A stretch of DNA of 13,055 bases from Amoeboradix gromovi X-113. Its lineage: Eukaryota > Fungi > Sanchytriomycota. The notes under the pieces are model-generated. The model was not told the origin of the DNA. It searched no databases and saw nothing but the letters and a program-made list of their open reading frames with translations. Within the stretch, counting starts at the first letter, position 1, and each line of letters starts with the position of its first letter. Positions 7,841-13,055 of this stretch are shown piece after piece. The translations under genes were made by a program, and so were the position numbers. The DNA is taken from the NCBI GenBank assembly GCA_018985225.1, contig JADGIF010000241.1, positions 1-13,055 on the forward strand, in the 5' to 3' direction.

Positions 7841-9079
7841 ATGCTGTTACTTTCTATATTTTTAGGAATCTCCACCGACTGCCGCAATATCATAAATCTA
7901 GCCATCGGGCTCAACTTAAATACTGTTTTACCAGAAAAGATGCATATTTTAGATCAGGATTGCTGTAATTTTGTAGACTGTAATAATGGACGTGTAGTAC
8001 AGATAAACTGGAGCTATATTGGCTTAAACGGTACAATTAATGGCACTGCGATTCCTGATACTGTACAGTACCTCAAAATGGAATTCAACTCTATTTCAGG
8101 AACACTCCCAGAATTACCCCAAGATTTGCTAATTCTGAATCTGTGGAATAATGACGTGACAGGTACCTTGCCGGTTTCTCTCCCACCTACTCTAGTTCAG
8201 CTTTATTTACCCGGAAACAGAATGCATGGAGTCGTTCCTCAAATTCCAGATTCTCTAACTGTTCTGGTTCTAGGAGGGGGCAAAAATATGAACAAATTTA
8301 CAGGTTCCGTATATATGAAATCACCCGAGTGGGTTAATTTATCAGGCACTATGATAGCGTATTTAGAGATGCAAACTATTGGGGGTTTATATAGCTGTGA
8401 CATATCTTTTACACCAATGCTACGGATAATAAACGACCAGAAATTATCAAAATGTATTAGAAACGGTTTATTTAATGAATCTACATCTATTAGCAGCGTA
8501 TTAGCTATTAAAACAGCTGATACTTTCAGCTCAACTTCAGGTAAGTATCTCGACTCCCCAACGACAAACCAAGCACAAACATCCAAAACGCCACTTACGG
8601 ATAATTCTGTAACTCCATTCACGACTTACTCTTTAAGTTCTAAATCAAAATACATCATTACTAAATTAGAGCCCTACACCTATGCGACATCCATAAGTAG
8701 TATAACTACTCAAGGAGAATATTTAACCAAAATAAGCACAAGGATTAAGGAATCTACTCAAGTAGCTTGTTCTACTGGTTTCAAAAAGAGCAGCACAAGT
8801 ACTAAAGAATTCAAAATATATACTACTAGAACTGACATAACGCAGCACAAATTGGGCACTCTGATTTCAAAAGAAACAAAGAACTCAAAATCTCGCGGTT
8901 TTACTGCCAAAGAAAAAACTAAAAACAAGCTAATAAAATTCATTCCGAGTAAATCCTCTGAGTCTCTCATGAAAACTACCATTTTAGTGAAGAAGAGTGA
9001 GCTACTTGAAATGTCTAGCAGAAGCAAATCTCAAAGCGCAGAGTTTTTAACTATTGCAGCAATACTTCTACTGTGTTAA
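7841..9079 (+). CDS. Leucine-rich-repeat cell-surface protein with Ser/Thr-rich stalk and probable GPI anchor
   Basis: Signal peptide MLLLSIFLGIST; Cys N-cap (DCCNFVDCNNGRVVQINW); LRRs of LxLxxNxxxGxLP type (LKMEFNSISGTLP, LNLWNNDVTGTLP, LYLPGNRMHGVVP); S/T/K-rich region; terminal hydrophobic tail FLTIAAILLLC. AATAAA at 9132-9137. Confidence 0.9.
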   Translation: MLLLSIFLGISTDCRNIINLAIGLNLNTVLPEKMHILDQDCCNFVDCNNGRVVQINWSYIGLNGTINGTAIPDTVQYLKMEFNSISGTLPELPQDLLILNLWNNDVTGTLPVSLPPTLVQLYLPGNRMHGVVPQIPDSLTVLVLGGGKNMNKFTGSVYMKSPEWVNLSGTMIAYLEMQTIGGLYSCDISFTPMLRIINDQKLSKCIRNGLFNESTSISSVLAIKTADTFSSTSGKYLDSPTTNQAQTSKTPLTDNSVTPFTTYSLSSKSKYIITKLEPYTYATSISSITTQGEYLTKISTRIKESTQVACSTGFKKSSTSTKEFKIYTTRTDITQHKLGTLISKETKNSKSRGFTAKEKTKNKLIKFIPSKSSESLMKTTILVKKSELLEMSSRSKSQSAEFLTIAAILLLC

Positions 9080-9547
9080 GCGAATTGATGAAACACGAAA
9101 AAGACTCGAGTAGGAAGCGCTTAGTCCAAATAATAAATGCAAGAGTTTGCTATTTTTTCTAGTCTGTTCAAACTGATAAATCTTCCTCTTTGAAAGTTCT
9201 GATATACCAGAAAATCTAGAATTTTCAGAGAAATTGAAAAAGCAGCTCGCTCTATGATATTTTGTGCAGTGCATATTTATGTCTCCAAATTATTTTCTTT
9301 GAGTCCCGCACGCTTTCAATTTTTGTGTAGTAAACTTTTCTTTACACTAATATATGTCCTTCCTTTTTTACTTACACCTCCACCTCATTTTAGACCATTT
9401 TCTGAATATATTGTTGTATATAATTATGCAAGTCTAGAAGAATAGTATAGCGTAGTGATATAGATAATGCAATTACAATGATATATATAGTCAGTTAAAC
9501 TGGGCAGTTGTTTGTGGGATTTAAAATATCGCGTTTCCAACAAATTA

Positions 9548-9553
9548 CCCCCC
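9548..9553 (+). promoter_or_regulatory. Start-proximal C6 motif
   Basis: aaattaCCCCCCtATG before 9555. Confidence 0.5.
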
Positions 9554-9554
9554 T

Positions 9555-10445
9555 ATGAAATTCTCAATGAAGCCAGTAATTAAGAAGTTGCTGAACACCA
9601 ATCTGAGTGTATTTAATGAATTTCATCCTATACGGCTAGAATTAAAAAGGACTACATTCTCTAGTCTGTTTGCACTAGGAATGTTTCTACTAGGAGCTAC
9701 ATTTTTGTTTATTTCGGAAAATAATTATACACCCTCGGATGCTCTTTATGATCGTTTTCTAAACAATATTCCACATTATGAGTATCTAACTATATCTGCC
9801 AATGCACTTACCATGACTGAGTTAGGTTTAAGTATTCTCTTCATGGTTACTTTACCCCGCCCATGGAATGTTATCATTATTAGACGCGCTGCTGTAGTAT
9901 TGAGCACTTTATTCCTTACGCGTGGTATATTTATAGTTATGACCACCATTCCTAGTCCTCTTGGCAAGGCGTGTGTCCCAGATATCATTAAAGATGAATA
10001 TGCAATAGTCAGAGTTATCCAGCTAATTATTGGAGCACACAGCAATTGCACTGATAATGTATTTAGCGGACATACCTCCACAATTCTAACTGCATGTATG
10101 CAGATCCACTTCTACTGCAAATACAACATTTTGCGGATTATCTCTTGGATGCTCAGTATCGCAGCAATTTTGTTAGTTTTGATATCTCGATTGCATTATA
10201 CCGTGGACGTACTATGTGCAGTCGTTATCGCCTTGCTAATGCACTATTTGTTTGTAATCGCGATTGATAGCGATCCACGTTTTGCAATAGTGCGGTTTAT
10301 TAAGTATCTGGATGGTTACGATATAAGAACAAAGTACTTTAGAAACTTAAGAGCTGCAAGCGGAGATGACTTGACATTGGAATTGGTCACAACCACTGCT
10401 TCACCAAGAAGGAAACCGAATTCTTTAAGCGAATCTTCAGAATAA
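9555..10445 (+). CDS. Sphingomyelin synthase family sphingolipid synthase (SMS / plant- and protist-type IPC synthase; PAP2_C domain)
   Basis: Catalytic motifs CTDNVFSGHT (C-x-D-x2-F-S-G-H-T) and RLHYTVDV (H-Y-T-x-D-V), plus R-x6-T-x2-P-x-P and about six hydrophobic segments. The stop overlaps AATAAA (10441-10446). Confidence 0.9.
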   Translation: MKFSMKPVIKKLLNTNLSVFNEFHPIRLELKRTTFSSLFALGMFLLGATFLFISENNYTPSDALYDRFLNNIPHYEYLTISANALTMTELGLSILFMVTLPRPWNVIIIRRAAVVLSTLFLTRGIFIVMTTIPSPLGKACVPDIIKDEYAIVRVIQLIIGAHSNCTDNVFSGHTSTILTACMQIHFYCKYNILRIISWMLSIAAILLVLISRLHYTVDVLCAVVIALLMHYLFVIAIDSDPRFAIVRFIKYLDGYDIRTKYFRNLRAASGDDLTLELVTTTASPRRKPNSLSESSE

Positions 10446-10541
10446 ATTTATATCACTCAAACACTTGTGGATTCTGCTGAAATATGCAAGTTTTCTTGGT
10501 AGTTATCAAGAAGGCTGGTTGCGAATAAATCATTTACTATC

Positions 10542-12575
10542 TTATTCAAATTCAATTAGTTCTTCATCGGCTGCTACAGTTTGCCCTGCTACAACATTTA
10601 CTTTCTTAACCTTTCCAACACTAACAGCTTTGAGTACATTTTGCATCTTCATAGCCTCTAATATCAAAATATCGCTTCCCTCTGCAACTGTATCTCCTAC
10701 TTTGACATTTACCACATTTACACTCCCTGGCATCGGAGCCAGGACAAATTTAGAAAAGTCGCGCTTTGGCTTCTCTTTGATGTGCTTCATTAATGTGTGC
10801 TGTAATTGAGTTAATACTTTAACAGGATATTTCATGCCGTTCATCTGTAGTGCGAATCCTAAAGCTGATGGATCGCTGTATTGTAATATTGAATGTTTAT
10901 TGCCAATGTAAACGTGTATGACATCTTGCTCTATGTCCCAATCCAGTTTAATTGTGTGATTTTCACCTTTCAACTTGATTTCAAACGAATGCTTTTTGTC
11001 TCGAATTTCCGCTTGTCCGTAGACTTGCACTTTAACAAATTTGTCATTTGTCAGCATGTTCTCTGGTGCACTAATGTACCACGTCCACTCAGAAGGATTT
11101 CTGCGCTGGTTATTCACCAAATCCCGAACATTCAGAAGTGAGGCTAAGCATCCAACAACTGCGGAATACTTGATAAAATCACCTTTACTTAGTGTGCGAG
11201 GCTTGAATCCATCAGGGTAGAATTGGGGCAGAAACTTTGTCGAAATGTCACCAGATATCCAATTGGGATGATCTAAAATTCCGCGTAAAAGTGGAATGTT
11301 GTGAGTTACACCTTTAATCAAATAAGCATCCAATGCCTTGGACATCAGATCAGTTGCACCTGCTCTAGTTGGATGCCAAGTACATAGCTTGCAGATCATT
11401 GGATCATAATAAATAGAGATATCACTACCCTCTCTGACTCCACTGTCAGGTCTGATTATTCCTTCTGCTTCTTGAATTATTGACATTGTAGGCTCAGTAT
11501 ACCTGGTCAGACTACCAATACTAGGTAGGTACTTGGTAGGATCTTCAGCGTAAACACGACTTTCGATAGCATGGCCATTTATCTTAACATCCTCTTGATT
11601 TATTGACAATTTCTGGTTTGCAGCAACTTTTATCATCATCTCCACTAGATCTAATCCTGTAATTAGTTCGGTAACTGGGTGTTCTACCTGCAAGCGAGTA
11701 TTCATTTCCAAAAAGTAAAAATTCAATTTTGGATCAACTAAAAACTCAACAGTACCAGCAGAGTGATATTTCACATTCTTAGCCAGCATAACAGCTTGTT
11801 CTCCCATTTTTGTACGAGTAGCATCGTCCAAGTGCGTGCTGGGTGCCTCCTCAATTACTTTCTGGTTTCTGCGTTGAATACTGCATTCACGCTCAGGAAG
11901 ATATAGAGTCTTACCATACTTATCACCAATAAGCTGAATCTCAATATGCCTTGGGTTTTCAATGAACTTCTCTACTAGCAATCTATCGTCGCCAAAACTA
12001 CTCAAAGCTTCTGATTTGGTCAGCTTGTAGAACTCTTTGACATCGTTGTCGTTCCAACAAATACGCATTCCTTTACCACCTCCACCAGCAGACGCCTTGA
12101 GCATGATTGGATATTTGAGTGAGTTGCTAACAACGATTGCTTGTTCTAATGACTCTATTTCGCCTTGGAATCCAGGAATGGTAAATACACCGGCATCCTT
12201 GGCAATCTTTTTGGATTCTATCTTGTCTCCCATCAGCTGCATAGACTTGCTACTTGGACCAATAAATGTGATTTTGTTATCTTCTAAGGTCTTGACAAAT
12301 GAGGGTTTCTCAGACAGAAAGCCATAACCAGGATGAACTGCATCTACATTTAGTTCTTTACACGCTTGAACAAGTCTGTCTACTCGCAAATAAGATTCGC
12401 TACTTGGTGGTTTGCCAATATAGTAGCATTCAGATGCCATTTCGACATGTTTGCTATGTTTATCAGCATCGCTATAGACTGCTACTGTTTTAATACCAAG
12501 TTTATTGCATGTCTTTATGACTCGACAAGCAATTTCACCTCTATTTGCTACGAGGATCTTATCAAAAAGTGTCAT
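10542..12575 (-). CDS. PCCA: Propionyl-CoA carboxylase alpha chain (biotin carboxylase + biotinyl domain)
   Basis: KILVANRGEIACRV, GGGGKGMR, ERECSIQRRNQKVIEEAPS, FLEMNTRLQVEHPVTE, GVTHNIPLL and biotinyl EAMKMQN. These variants favour PCC over methylcrotonyl-CoA carboxylase. The ORF track starts at a TTG (12599); the first ATG is at 12575 (677 aa). Confidence 0.93.
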   Translation of the reverse strand: MTLFDKILVANRGEIACRVIKTCNKLGIKTVAVYSDADKHSKHVEMASECYYIGKPPSSESYLRVDRLVQACKELNVDAVHPGYGFLSEKPSFVKTLEDNKITFIGPSSKSMQLMGDKIESKKIAKDAGVFTIPGFQGEIESLEQAIVVSNSLKYPIMLKASAGGGGKGMRICWNDNDVKEFYKLTKSEALSSFGDDRLLVEKFIENPRHIEIQLIGDKYGKTLYLPERECSIQRRNQKVIEEAPSTHLDDATRTKMGEQAVMLAKNVKYHSAGTVEFLVDPKLNFYFLEMNTRLQVEHPVTELITGLDLVEMMIKVAANQKLSINQEDVKINGHAIESRVYAEDPTKYLPSIGSLTRYTEPTMSIIQEAEGIIRPDSGVREGSDISIYYDPMICKLCTWHPTRAGATDLMSKALDAYLIKGVTHNIPLLRGILDHPNWISGDISTKFLPQFYPDGFKPRTLSKGDFIKYSAVVGCLASLLNVRDLVNNQRRNPSEWTWYISAPENMLTNDKFVKVQVYGQAEIRDKKHSFEIKLKGENHTIKLDWDIEQDVIHVYIGNKHSILQYSDPSALGFALQMNGMKYPVKVLTQLQHTLMKHIKEKPKRDFSKFVLAPMPGSVNVVNVKVGDTVAEGSDILILEAMKMQNVLKAVSVGKVKKVNVVAGQTVAADEELIEFE

Positions 12576-12588
12576 AATATGACGCAAT

Positions 12589-12592
12589 GGGG
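12589..12592 (-). promoter_or_regulatory. Start-proximal CCCC motif (PCCA)
   Basis: Minus strand aaatCCCCattgcgtcatattATG, 14-17 nt before ATG 12575, the same spacing as the 3899 gene. Confidence 0.5.
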
Positions 12593-13055
12593 ATTTCAAT
12601 TGCCCGATTAGACGGAGTGAATAAAAAATGAGAAAAACTTAACACATGATTTACCACAGTCGCTTCATTTGATATTCCTAGTTTGTATAGAGATGTCCTG
12701 TTCGTAGCTTTAGTATTTCATGTGGTCGGAGAACTTGCACCTTTTTGAGTTAAATCTGTTTGTGCAATCCATTGTTTATTAAGGCGATAGTTGTGAGGAA
12801 GACTTCTTGTCATTATGAAATATGAATACTGTTTTTTTAGTTTAAAATATCTAGGATAGAAGCTTTTACCTGGGCTCATGTTGTCATTTATTCCCAGTGC
12901 TTATCTCCTGTGAGGAAATGAAGTACATAGAAAAACTCTTAGCTCTTTCATGTAGCTATCGAGTTTCATTGAATAAATAATTTATCGTGATTGCACGAGC
13001 TATATCGTTACAATATCCTCTTTTTCTTATCATCATCTCTCTTCTTGAGGCCAGA

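Noticed and set aside
3098-12611. ORFs nested in or antisense to real genes (3098-3298, 3328-3546, 5669-5944, 6843-7034, 8239-8622, 8758-9027, 9776-10081, 10465-10809, 10893-11141, 12037-12327, 12299-12493, 12366-12611)
   Set aside because: Shadow frames of well-supported CDSs, several with non-ATG starts and none with recognisable domains.
1-13055. CRISPR array, tRNA, rRNA, intact transposase or Fanzor/TnpB ORF
   Set aside because: I saw no regularly spaced repeats, cloverleaf, rRNA signature, or DDE/RuvC motifs in this window.

Overview
AT-rich (about 35% GC by eye), gene-dense, apparently intron-less eukaryotic DNA using the standard genetic code. It resembles a compact genome of an early-diverging fungus or relative (e.g. 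a sanchytrid/chytrid-like parasite); this is an impression, not an identification. The right third is housekeeping: a sphingomyelin-synthase-family gene convergent with propionyl-CoA carboxylase alpha. The left two thirds is an accessory, secretome-like block: a RING-H2 protein with a probable signal peptide, a secreted/membrane protein split by one in-frame TAA, a probable decayed gene, a 703-aa secreted protein built from two ~345-aa repeats, and a GPI-anchored LRR surface protein. The most striking unannotated signal is a two-copy non-coding element (2589-2779 and 7533-7816) with 24-25 bp terminal inverted repeats and internal stems whose substitutions between copies preserve pairing. It looks like a MITE-like element carrying a conserved fold. 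A GGGG/CCCC run just upstream of five of six start codons suggests a microsporidia-like core-promoter signal and corrects three start sites in the ORF track.
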